Shown one piece after another: positions 26,210 through 37,900 of a stretch of 64,000 nt of DNA. Source of the stretch: Azolla caroliniana (taxonomy: Eukaryota; Plantae; Polypodiophyta); contig JBHGNT010000010.1 in assembly GCA_043228905.1 (NCBI GenBank), forward strand, positions 17,050,001 to 17,114,000. Reading direction: 5' to 3'. The translations under genes and the position numbers were made by a program. The notes under the pieces are model-generated. The model was not told the DNA's origin and searched no databases. It saw only the letters and a list, made by a program, of their open reading frames with translations. The stretch's first letter is position 1, and each line of letters starts with the position of its first letter.

Positions 26210-27960
26210 GTTCCCGTTTCCTGCCGCCACCATCCTTCTCACTCGGTCTCACATTGCCACGTCGGCTTGAACTGCCGGTGTCCCCATATTGGTGTGAGGA
26301 TCCCATAGGACCATCTTTCGTTTCTTCCCCCTCCTTCCGCGTTGTCTTCCGGCCCAATTTCAGTTAGTGGCCGCCATGCCGGCCCGCTACCTCCTTGCCG
26401 CTTTACCTTCGCCCCTCCTGCATGATCCCGTTCACCTGCCGCCACCATCCTTCTCACTTGGTCTCACATTGCCACGTCGGCTTGAACTATCGGTGTCTCC
26501 GGATCGGTGTGAGGATCGTCGTAGGATAGCCCATCCGCACTTTCTTCATTGTCGGGCCCCATTTCTTGCCGCCACCATCCTTCTCACTCAGTCTCACGTT
26601 GCCACATCGGCTTGAACTGCCAGCGTTTCCGGATTGGTGTGAGGATCCCATAGTATCAGCCTTTCGCTACCTTCTACCCTTGTCCCCTTGCCGCCGTCGT
26701 TCGTCACTCTAGGTCTCACGCCGTCTCTCGGTTGGTCGTCACAGTCTCTAAAACCGGTGTGAAGGATCCTCCTCGGGATTGTTGTATCTCTAACCCTTAT
26801 CCTGGGTCTTCCTTCTTCGCATGTCGGGAGGGTGGCTCGCACCACACCCTCCCCCCTTGTGGTACCGATGTACCGGTTATCGGCCTCTTCTAGGCCTGCC
26901 TCTTACTCCCTTCTGGATCGGTTATCCGGAAGTCTGCTCCGCCCGGTTCCATCCGGGTCCAACCGTCACTCCGCATTGTCGGGTCCTGTTTCCTGCCGCC
27001 ACCATCCTTCTTACTCGGTCTCATGTTGCCACGTTGGCTTGAACTGCTGGCGTCTCCAGATCAATGTGAGGATCCCATAGGACCGGTCTTCGTTCCTCCT
27101 CTTTTTGGATCGGTTGTATTGGTCGTGACCTCCGCGTCATCGCCGCCACTTTCTGTCTCTTAGGTCTTCCTTTAGTTCTCGGACGCAAACGCCTAAGTCT
27201 CGGGAACAAGTGTGGAGGACCCATACTTCGGTCAACCGCCGCTTTCGTTCCCCCTCGTCGCCGTTGATCCCCCTTTTACGCTCCCCTACCACCTCCCTTC
27301 TCTTCGGTCTCACGTTGCCACGTTGGCTTGAACTGCCGAAGTCTCCGGTCAAGATGTGGGGTAACCGATTTCGTAACGTCTTCCGACAACTCGTCCCAGG
27401 CCACCGACCCTTTTAGTGGTATCGGTGGATAGCATCCACTCTGTGATCAACCAAGCTCGCCTAGGCTTGATTCTCCAATGTCCGGAGTTTCGGCTCCGAT
27501 GCCGATCCCGCCGGATTCGTTTTGAACCCTTGATCACCTTGCTTTCGATTCCCGACGTTCACCCGATCGGTCTTTCTCTCCATGTAAAAGAGGGCGGCTC
27601 ATTCCGCACCCTCTCCTGTATTGGCACCCTCATGCTGATTCTGGTCCCGATCGAACAATCCACGACCGGATCGCGGCCCACCCGAATCGGACTGCCGCGC
27701 GGTTCAGTCCCCGGTCGGGTCGTTTCATGGTTCCTTTGCTGACCTCCTCGCGGGCCATTTCCCATTCATCTTCGCTGGAATCGTGCCAGGACTCCTCTCT
27801 ATCGTCATCCATCTCCTCGGTCTCACGTGGGCATAAGGGACCAAATGCCGAGTTCTCCGGAATCGGTTCTAAGCACTTTTGTCTGCTCCTTCCTCATATC
27901 GTCTCGCTAGCGATTCTCGGTCTCATGCTGCCGCCTTCCTCCTCTTGGGACTCACGTGGG
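26210..27960 (-). repeat. Degenerate modular repeat array in element B (continues at 23030-23420)
   Basis: Core TCGGTCTCACRTTGCCACGTYGGCTTGAACTGCC...GTGTGAGGATCC near 26243, 26458, 26588, 26712, 27014, 27304, 27817 and 23046, separated by variable sequence. Confidence 0.85.
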
Positions 27961-30900
27961 TACTCGGGCCCGACTGCCATCGTTTTGGGAGCAAGTGTGG
28001 GAAGACGTGTAGAACCGCCCGTCCTATTTGCGGCCTTGTCCATAGCCACAGGCTCCTCGTAGTCGATGGTCGACTCCTTACCGATCGTGCAAGCCCCGCT
28101 TGGGCTTGCTTCTCCAATGTCCCGAGTTTCGGGTTGACGTGCCCGAAACCGCCGGTCCCAACGTTCCGATTCTGCGATCGGTATCTCAGCCTTCTCCTTG
28201 GCCATTCCGTCTTCGCAAGCCGAGAGGGCGTTTTGTTCCGCACCCTCTCCCGTGGTACCGTGGTACCAATCTTCTACCATCTCATGGGGCAAGTCCGTCT
28301 CCTCGGCGTTGGCTTGCGGCCTCGTTCTTTCCTCTGCTTCGAGCATTGCCTCGAGAGCTACGTACACTTTCGCAAACCTGGCCCCAAAGTCGAGGCTTGC
28401 CGACTCTCTTTGCCATTTTCCCTCTTCCCGCTGTGATGGCACGCCGTCGCACGGCTTCCTCCTAGCCTTATCAGCCCGCTCGTCATCTAGCAGTTGGCAT
28501 ACCCTTCTGACCTTTGACCAGTCCTCCCTAAGGCCATTCGCTTCGTCCTCATCTTCGAGCTCAATCCCGATGGCCTCCCGTTCCACTCGGTCGGTCGACT
28601 TAATGAACAACAGGACTTTGTCTACCCCCACCAAAACTTTTCCCGCTCCAGGAGCCGGGCAAGCCGTCGCTCGAACTTTCGGAATGCCTTCGTTGCGCCC
28701 CGGTAGGTCTTCGCCGATGCCACCCACTGGTCGAAGCCACATCGTCCCCAACTCTTCCATCATCCTCCATATGCCTGCAGGAGGGCCTCTTCGAAGGCCT
28801 CCCATGAACTATGAGCTTCTTGGAGCTCCTTCACTTCCGCGTGCATACAAACGACGACGACCCGATAGAAGAACTCCAACCTCAACGCCTTGTCTACGTC
28901 TCGCTCCTTCATTTCCACATTGTAGGCTTCCAAGTAGAATGGGACCTTGTCCCTGTTGAAACGGCCGACTCTTTCGACCACTCGCTCAACAGCTTGCTGC
29001 GCCGTCTCTCTTCTTGTTGTTGCTCATCCAAACTCCCTCACTGCTTCGACAAAAAGTTGCGCGAAGTCGTCTTCTTCCAACTCCATTCTCCCTTGCCGCC
29101 CTTTCACGTCGGGTTCACCAAAGATGTCGCGTTATTACGCGCGTGCGTGTAGGAAGGGGCTGGACCACGGGGGTCTCGGACGAGGGAAAAAGGGATGCCA
29201 AGAAAACGACTCCAGACACGACCCGGAGGCGACCGAACACGAGAGAGAGAGAGAGCGAGCGTGCGCACGATACCAACTCTTATGCACAGGGAATGAAGGG
29301 CTATGCTCCCGACACCACCGGATACACCAACAAGCACAAACAGATACAAGCGTATATATTACAAAGGAAAAGATACAACCACGGCTTCGAGCCGCGCTAC
29401 GCCATGGCTAACCCTAACAGAAGAAAAGAGGTTAACCCTAACAGAGCTTTGCCGCCATGGCTACTGCGCCCAGCTTCTCAAGAAGGAGAAGAAGAAGAAG
29501 ACCACAAAACAGTTACTAACCCTAGAAATTCTTAACAAAACGACCCTCTACAAAATGGTATACCCAAACGACTCAAAATGGGCAACCGCTCTGCAAGGGA
29601 CCATCCCTTCCTTTTATAGAACAAGGAGAGGGATGCGTTATAATGTGGGATAAATCCCGATTTACATGGGATTCTTTGTCCCGACTTGACTCCCTCTCGG
29701 CGCCATAAAGGCACCCCTATTATTCACACGTTTATACAAGGGTGAGTGCAGATGATGCACTCCGCCGATTCTTCCGATATTCCCCGATTTCTCACCATGG
29801 CCCGGAATCTTCACGACAATGAGAAGCGGCGCAACAAGCGGTCGAGAGTGTGGTCGAAAGAGTCCCATTCTACTTGGAAGCCTACAATGCGGAAATGGAG
29901 ATGCGAGGCATAGACGAGGCATTGAGGTTGGAGTTCTTCTGTTGGGTCCTAGTCGTCCCTATGCACCCAGAAGTAAAGGACCTCCAAGAAGCTCATAGTT
30001 CATGGGAGGCCTTCAAGGAGGCGCTCCTGCAGACATACGGAGGACGATCGAAAAGGCAGGGACGACGCAACTTCGACCAGTGGGTAGCATTGGCAAAGAC
30101 CCACTGAGGTGCAATGAAGGCGTTCGTAGAATTCGGGTGGCGCTTTGCTCGACTCCCAGAGTGGGAACAAAGACTAGTGGGGGTGGACAAAGTCCTCTTG
30201 TTCGTTAGGTCGATTGACCGAGAGGAACGGGAGGCCATCGGAATCGAGCTCGAAGATGACGATGGAGGGAATGGCCTTACCGAGGACTGGTCGAAAGTTT
30301 AACGAGTATGTCAGCGGATGGATGAGGAGTGGACCGCGAAAGGAAAAGGGAAGATGACGTGTGACGACGCGTTATCACAGTAGGGAGCGGGAGAGTCAAG
30401 AAGGAGAAAAAGATAGACAAGGAGAAAAAGGGAGCCGAGTCGACTGAAGAAGTCAGCACATCTGATAAAGTCGGAACAAGCGGCAACGGCGGCAAAGTCA
30501 AGAAGGACAGAGCTAACCGAAAGATAAAGGCCAAGACTCGGACATGGTCTTATGTGGTGAAGGGCCTGAAGATTGAGGACAAATTGGAGACAACCAATTT
30601 GGACAAGAGCAGGAACGAATCGGAGGCAGCCAATTCAGTTGAACAGTTTGATTCAGAGGAGTCGAATCACTTGAAGGCCAAACGGACAAGAAGGCAGCGG
30701 AAGACAATGCCGACACGGAGGAGCCAACGGGTCGAGAAGTGCCGAAGTCACAGCAATGAAGGAGTTGAGATGGGCCTGATTAGTAGACAAGCCGACCGAG
30801 AAGGTTGTGTAAAGCGGGACCTGTTCAGATTCTATTACTAATCAATGTCAAGGCCCTGGTCGGGGAAGCATACAAGGCTCTGAAGGCGATGCTCGAGGAA

Positions 30901-31269
30901 GAGGAGAGATCCGGCGCTCGGTTGGATTTTGGAGATCCAGAGCTAGTCGGCCTTCCGAACGAGATGGACGTGGCCCACACGGAGGCCAAAGGACAGTACA
31001 ATGGTACCACAAGAGAGGGTGCGGAGCACGGCACCCTCTGAACTTGCAAAGATAGTCCGATCAAGGATAAGGTCGGAATCGGAGAAGTGACGATCGCAGG
31101 TTCGGAACAAGACCAACAGTTTTGGGCGCGGGAGCTCGAAACTCCTAACATTGGAGAAGCAAGCCCAAATGGGGCTTGCATGATCTAAGGAGAGAGAGCC
31201 TCCACCTACCTCACCGAGGAGTCAGTGGCTATGGACAAGTCGTCGGGGGCGAACATACGAAATCGTTCT

Positions 31270-32890
31270 CCGCACCGTTTCCAGAGACTACGCGGTGGCA
31301 ACGTAAGACCGGAGAGATAGAAGATGGCGGCAGGAACCCCAAGGAGAAGGATGAAGATGTGTCGGAGCTCAGACGGAGAGATCCCGCCACACCGGTTCCG
31401 GAGACTTCAGCAGCTCAGCCAACGTGGCAACGTGAGACCAGAGTGAACGAAGGAGGCGACGAGGCGACTCAATCCGAGAGAAGTACAAACGGCGGGGGTG
31501 AAACGAAGGACGGTCCTATCGGTCTCCTCACACTTAACCCGGAGACTTCGGCAGTCCTGCTTGAGAGCCGACGTGAGACCGAATGGAAGGATGATGGCGG
31601 CAGGAGAACGGGATTCGACAATGCGGAGGAGTGGGACAGAGCGGTTCCTCCACACTAGATTCGGAGTTTGGCCGTTGTGGCAACGTAAGACCGAAAAGAT
31701 GGAAGGCGGTTGCGAGGAGTCCTGGCACGATACCCGCAAAGATGGATGGGAGATGGCCTGTGAGGAGACCAAGGATGGAGCCGCGGTGGAGCGAAGTATA
31801 GAGGCAAAAGGCGGTGCCGAAAGAAGCGGAGTTGGAAGTCATTATCCGGTCGTCATTCCGATTCGGATGGAGCATGATCCGGGCATGTATTGTTCGATCA
31901 AAACCGGGCCGAGATGCGGAAGACAACAAAGAGGTAGTTGAGCCCGATCAGTAGGGGACGAGTTCGGACGAGAATCAAGAATGCCGGATTCCGGATGACT
32001 GATCCCAAAGAAAAGACCCGAGAGGGATCCTCCACACCTAACCTAGAGACTTCGGCCATTGTGGATTAACATAAGATCGAGGAGACGGATGGTGCCCGCG
32101 AGGGGACGAAGGTCGCAGTAGGCGAAGGCACCGAGAGAAATGAGTGGAGTGCCGCGGAGAACAACGGAGGCCAAGACGGCCAATCAAGCGAAGAGGGTGT
32201 TCCTCGGAGCGGAGCAACGTTAACGAAGGAGTCAGAGGACGGAGATCGAGTCCTCTATTCGGAAGCGAAGGCCGAGCCTATGCTGAGGCCGGAGAGCGGT
32301 ACATCAGTACCAAAGGACAAGGTGTGGAGCGAGGCACCCTCTCGACATGCGGACAAAGAACGATCGAGGACAAGGTTGGGGATGGTGAGGCGACGATCAC
32401 CGATTCGGGAGAGGACAAGTGTGCACGGACATGGTTGTCTGGAATATGGAAGTGAGAGCGAGGCAAGCACAGTCGAAGCTTGCACGAAAGGAATAGCCAC
32501 GGGCCGCAATGTCGAGGCGAAGGTGGCTATGGACAAGATGGCGGCAAGAGAGAGAAGGCTAAGCATGAGGCGGAACAACAATCCTAACACTGATTCGGAG
32601 ACTTTGGCAATCCGGCTTGAGAGCCGTCGTGAGACCGAGAGAGATGGATGGTGGTGGGCAGGTGAACGGGATCCAACGAAAGGGCCGAAAGGAGCGGAAA
32701 GAGGTCTAAGGCCGGCGACGCGGCCACAAACCGGAACGGACCTAATTGGCAGGGTCGAAAGAATGAAGGAGGGATGCGTGAGGTGCACGGGTTGGTGGCC
32801 GCGAAGGACATCGGAGGCCGGAGAAGGATCCTCCGCACCTATACTAGATTCCCAGGCAATTCAAGCCGTCATGGCAACGTGAGACCAAGG
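31270..32890 (+). repeat. The same modular repeat array in element A
   Basis: GGATCCTCCACAC...GAGACTTCGGC...GTGGCAACGTRAGACCR units ending near 31310, 31440, 31580, 31692, 32078, 32637 and 32887. Confidence 0.8.
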
Positions 32891-33060
32891 GAATGATAGG
32901 TGGGGCGAGGGGACGAAGGCAACAACGGGTGGCGGCGCCGAACCTAACCAGCGTGGCACGGAGACAACGGGCGCCAGGCGGGCCGAAAGACAAGGGTGAT
33001 CCCGCACGGGTGGCGACGCAGAATGGTACCAAGGACACCCAGGTAAAGCATAGTGTGTAA

Positions 33061-34708
33061 GGGCTATTCAAATTCACAGTAGTCAAGGATGGAGCATGAT
33101 CTTTAATGGTTGGCTTTGTAGGAATTATGAAATCGAGTAGATGATAAAGATTCTACGTTAGCTTTGTGTATGGATTCAATCAGAACAATGTACAATGATG
33201 TAACTAAGTAGTTGTCAATGATGTCTTTGCAATGAAACACAATGTCCCTTAAAAGGCATGTCTTAGATGAAGGGTCGCATCGTTTTGTGCATTCACATTT
33301 TAAAATTTTGTTGTTTTTTCTTATTTCACCATTTATAATTTGTTTATTTTAACATGTAACAAGACTTTTATAGGAAGATAACTAACACTTTTTTGGGAGT
33401 CTATTAGGCTTTTGTGTACTTAGATAAACCTTAATATTTGATGATGAGAGAACGAAAAAAGATAAAGAAGAGAAGAGGAAGAGAAAAGAATATATCAATA
33501 TACTATTAGGAAAACAATACAATCCTCTTAGACTCAACCCCAAATAACTACTTCAATATACTAGTAGCCAAAATAGTCTTTCCTTCTTCTCTTTTTCTTC
33601 AACTAATCTTCTTCTCACTTCTTCCAATCTTCTTATTCTTCTTCACTTCTTCTTATGGATATTCTATTCCTCCCTTTGTCTCTCCCGATTGCTAAGAATA
33701 CCCTCATATTTATAGGTTTTAGTTGCATTATTCTTGCTTTTTTTTTAAATCTTTTCTTTCTACATATCCTCGAGTTTGTGTCATGCGTTTTTCATATCAT
33801 TATTACTAGTTTGTCATCCAAATTTTTCATACAAGAAATCTCCCTTTCTCAGCTTTCTTACAAAATTTTCTTTTGAAATTTGGATATAAGATGAAGAAGT
33901 TATGAGCTTTTTTCTCTACCTTGATTTTTTTGTGTTTTTTATGCGTTTTTTTCTTTTTTTTCTTGCTTTTTTTACTTTTGGAAAACGACTCTAACTTCAT
34001 ATCCCTTCAATTTCATTTGTCTTTTAACTCTTGAACCTTTCATATTGTGCTTTATTCTTATATACCTTAGCATCTGATATATTTGCCATGGTCTTTTCTT
34101 ACGAGCAAAATTTGACTTCACAATATTGAATGCTTGCCTATATGCATTACTAGCCCGCCCCTACCCCTAAGTACTAGCCTACCAAAATGAAATGCTTATT
34201 ATTTATTAAGAGAACTCCATATTCACCAAGCACTCAATAATCTTATTCTTGGTTAGTGATTCATTGTTAAAATTGTATAAACATGAATATATCCAATTCA
34301 CGGGTGAATGATATATAATTATATATAAACACTAGTGCAATGCATCATGAGGTTATGACTAATGACAAACATGAAATAGTACTTTGATAAAAATAAAAAA
34401 TAAAAACTCATGTAAGTATAATATTGTTGATCCTTCAAATCTCCTAGAGTATACATTCTTTTATTTAAAATAGGAGGGTGGTAGTGGAAGCCCATAATTG
34501 TGAGTTGACTTTAGATTGACTAATTATATATGAATAATAGAATTTGGTTCCATGCATCAAGAATTTACATTCAAGTGGAAGTGTGAGGTGTAAGAGGCAA
34601 GGAAGGAATCATGATGAGCTTGAGTACTAGGCGGATCGCTAGCAGAGTTCATGTGGATGAGGTTATCGTGGTCGTCATGGTCATGGGCGGGCGGACTCGA
34701 TATCGTGA
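33061..34708 (-). repeat. Right arm of the long inverted repeat (the MYB-CC 3' coding end, 3' UTR and flank)
   Basis: Reverse complement of 1960-2962, apart from the 684-bp solo LTR and small indels. Confidence 0.95.
33439..34122. mobile_element. Solo LTR (684 bp)
   Basis: TG...CA termini with 5-bp TSD ATATT (33434-33438 and 34123-34127). The empty site is preserved in the left inverted copy near 2545. Confidence 0.88.
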
Positions 34709-34893
34709 GATAATCATTCCCGTCCGCGCTCGCATTCGGCCGGCTCATAGTTGTGTTCGCATTCGGGTAGTCCCGGCCGTCCGGGTTGTCAGAAGCGGCC
34801 GAGCTCGTGGCAGAGGTGGACGGCACGGGAAGAATCTCGTGATCGGCGCCGAAGTTGTGGCGCATCGAGAGGAGGATGGGCTCTTGCAGATCG

Positions 34894-34928
<35 letters not shown>

Positions 34929-37900
34929 GGGGACAATGTCCATCATCATCATGATCATGGAGGAGGAGGAGGAGGAAGAGGAGGGTAGGGCCGGCCGCCT
35001 TGGGTATAGTGGGGAAGCGGCCGGCCCGGACATTGAGCTCATGGCACGGGCGGGGGGTGCGGGGCCCGGAAATTCATCCATCATTACCAACGACAATGCC
35101 GACGATGATGGCCCCATACCGACGAAGGCTTCATCATCGGCCTGAAAATCATGCATTCCCCTTCCATCATCATCATCATCATCATCATCATCGTTATCAT
35201 CATCATCATCCATAATGTGTATATTCAGATCCTCAGGTTCTTCCTCTTCCCCTGCATCTGGATCCTTGCAGCTGCTTTTGCCCTTGGAATTCATCCTTTT
35301 CCTGCTGTTCTTCTGACTCCCCCCTTGCTGCAGGCTCTTGGACATGGCCAACGAATTGGTGGACGTGCACAGGAGCGTTAATGCCTCCTCCTCCTCCTCC
35401 TCCTCCTCCTCCTCTGCTGCTGCTGCGAACGGATTGGATTTGATTGCTACTGCTACTGATGAATCCGCCAAATGTTGCTGCTTCATGTAAAGATCCATAT
35501 TCATGGCGCTCACATGATCTGCATCCCCACCATGAGTGCCCCTGCACAATCCCAGATTGTTCGTATATGCTATGCCTCGTGCTTTCTCCAGTATAGATCT
35601 TAGGTATTTCCCGTGTACCTCTTTCCGTTGCTTCAGATTCCTTTGAACCTGCAAATCGTCTCGAAAATTAAACCTTCGACCCTGCTGAATTAATTCATCA
35701 TAATCTGACCGATTTCGCTTGTATCATGTTAGATTAGATACCTCTAATATATTGATTTGATCATCGCGATCCTGCTGCGAGAAGAACCTCTTGTGCGACT
35801 CTAATAATTGTACTACGTCCGAGCCATCTCGACTACTGGCCTGCAACTCTACATTATTAACTGATCCGCCCGGACTGCAGCAACAAATTATACATTCCGA
35901 CTAAACCATATCAAGTCTTTATCATAAATATATAAATTAACAGTTGTATTATAAATTGCGCGAGTGTCCTACTGGTTATACTATGAATCAATAATATAGT
36001 GAACAAAATTAGTGATGCTTATTGCTCGTAGTACGCTAATTGTTTATACATATGTTTTCAAGATGAAGACAATATATACTGCTCAGTGTAAAATATTGTT
36101 GTGGTTTTCGTGTAAGTAATTTAGTTTCAGTTTAGTTAACCATATTATGGTATGTTTAAATGATGAAGGCTTTCATGGTGCTGGTGTACTTGTTAAATGA
36201 TCAGCGGCTTCATTACACTATAACACGAAAGCATAATCATTTTGATGCAAGCAAGAAGGGACTAATGAAAGATGTAAGATATATATATTTGTTTTTTAGT
36301 TTTTTTCCTGATACAGAGGGACGATTAGTCTATGAATTAATCAGGAGCAAGCTTCCTCTAATTAATCCATCCATGGATTAACAGTTTGATCCTCCAGTAA
36401 AATTAGATTTGATGAAGCCATGGATGGATTTCCCAGCTACCAGCTTGACATGCTTTTTTGCTAAGTAAATACTAAAAGTTCAGATAGATTTGTGGTGTCC
36501 ATACCTATTTTTGATGTGTATGATGATAGATAGTTAAATGCATTCAAAAGAAATTGTTTACTATTGCTTTCCTAACTGATATGATATGGTCTGTTTATTG
36601 TGAATGAATGCCATGTGCGCATATGCGTATTATATATTGTCATGATGATCACGGATACATATATGTATAATGTATAGTGGTGGCATAATAATGACATGGA
36701 TGTATGTATGTATGTATGTATGTATGTATGTATGTATGTACATAAAAGTAACGACAGAAAGATCTGAGAACAAATCCACAACCATGGATGTCTTCTTTGC
36801 TTCATTATCATCATCATCATCATTAATATTGATGATATGGGCAATCTTCCATTCCATCATCATCATTAATTATATTGATATGAGCGATCATCCATTCCAT
36901 TGAAAGAAAGGCACATTATAGTAGTAGTCAATTATAGTCCTGTTTTTTTCCATAGTGTATAACACACACACTCACACTCACATCATTCTCCCGCCGTTGT
37001 CGCCATTAAACGTTGTGGCTCCACTCACATTAGACGCACTGCTAGTGCTTATAGCTGCGTTGATGATGAGATCTCGTTGTATACCCCCGGCCCCGGCCCC
37101 TAATATTCATCCATCAATCCATTACACATTCTAACGGACTTCCAATTGATGTAGATCAATGATATTGATCTTCCTAATTCACAGACTCTTAATATAAAGA
37201 AAACACGCCACCAACATTAGGGTTTGCGGGTTTTCTTCGCCTGGAATTAACCATGACACTTGGGAGAGATGGTGTCGTTAATTAATCAGCTCCGATCAAA
37301 CATCTTCCCCTAAGTATTATGCTCATGATGATGAGTGCTTAAATGTCTCAACTTTAGAAAATGATCATGAATTTTTTTAAGTTTTAGTTTTTGCAATATA
37401 CCAATGAATTGCTGCTGCTGCTGCTGCTGCTGTTGTTGTTGAGTGGTGACAGTTGCATTCATGTCTAAATGATTGGTTGTGGAAGTTATGGGTGTAGTGG
37501 CAGAGTTCGGATTAGCTACTGCTGTTGCTGTGCTGCCACTGCCTTGTTGTACTTCTCTCTGAGCCTTTCTGCCCAGACGGTATTTCTAACAACAATGGAG
37601 TGGGCAAATAAATATATGAGACGGATTTACAAAAATCCATGACCAAAAAAAGAAGAAGGATGAGAAGCAAATTAGAGAGAATTTGAACTTAGATTTGGAT
37701 GAGGTTCATGGATTGAATGATGCCAATCATTCATTAGAGAAGCCTCTGTAATGTGATGGATCATATACATATCAAAACAGGGACAATTAGCTGGAAATAC
37801 TTGGCCGGAAAGATAGAATGCCTTAGTACGCATTCGTCCATCTATCTAGTCCGGGGCGGCCGGTCGGTCGGTATATAAGTGATGCGAATAAATTAGAGCG

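Larger units (their letters stand above)
17965..29818 (-). mobile_element. Two-LTR gag-only element (element B) inserted into the gag of element A
   Basis: 5' LTR 29818-29125, PBS 29120-29103, frameshifted gag ~29087-27900, repeat array, PPT-like GTTTGGTGGGGGCGGA (18655-18640), 3' LTR 18639-17965. Target ACGA(GA) / ATGA(GA). No RT or integrase motifs seen in its own interior. Confidence 0.85.
17117..33060 (+). mobile_element. Outer gag-only LTR element (element A): 5' LTR 17117-17846, PBS, gag split by element B, repeat array; 3' LTR missing
   Basis: TGTCGCG...CTGACA followed by TCTT-TGGTGAACCCGACGTGAA. The gag-like sequence at 17876-17962 resumes at 29819 and is collinear with the copy in element C. 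Ends abruptly next to the inverted repeat at 33061. Confidence 0.8.

Noticed and set aside
29103-29120. tRNA-Trp gene
   Set aside because: Only the 3' 18 nt with CCA are present, adjacent to an LTR, so this is a primer-binding site.
26210-32890. CRISPR array interpretation of the repeat-spacer region
   Set aside because: Units are long and degenerate, spacers are irregular, there are no cas genes, and the context is a eukaryotic retrotransposon interior.
22847-33086. Many overlapping 60-300 aa ORFs on both strands
   Set aside because: These are expected in GC-rich, stop-poor TE interiors. Only the gag-like frame is conserved between copies.
1960-34708. Assembly artefact as the cause of the inverted repeat
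   Set aside because: The arms differ by many substitutions, by indels and by a TSD-flanked insertion, so the duplication is old and real.
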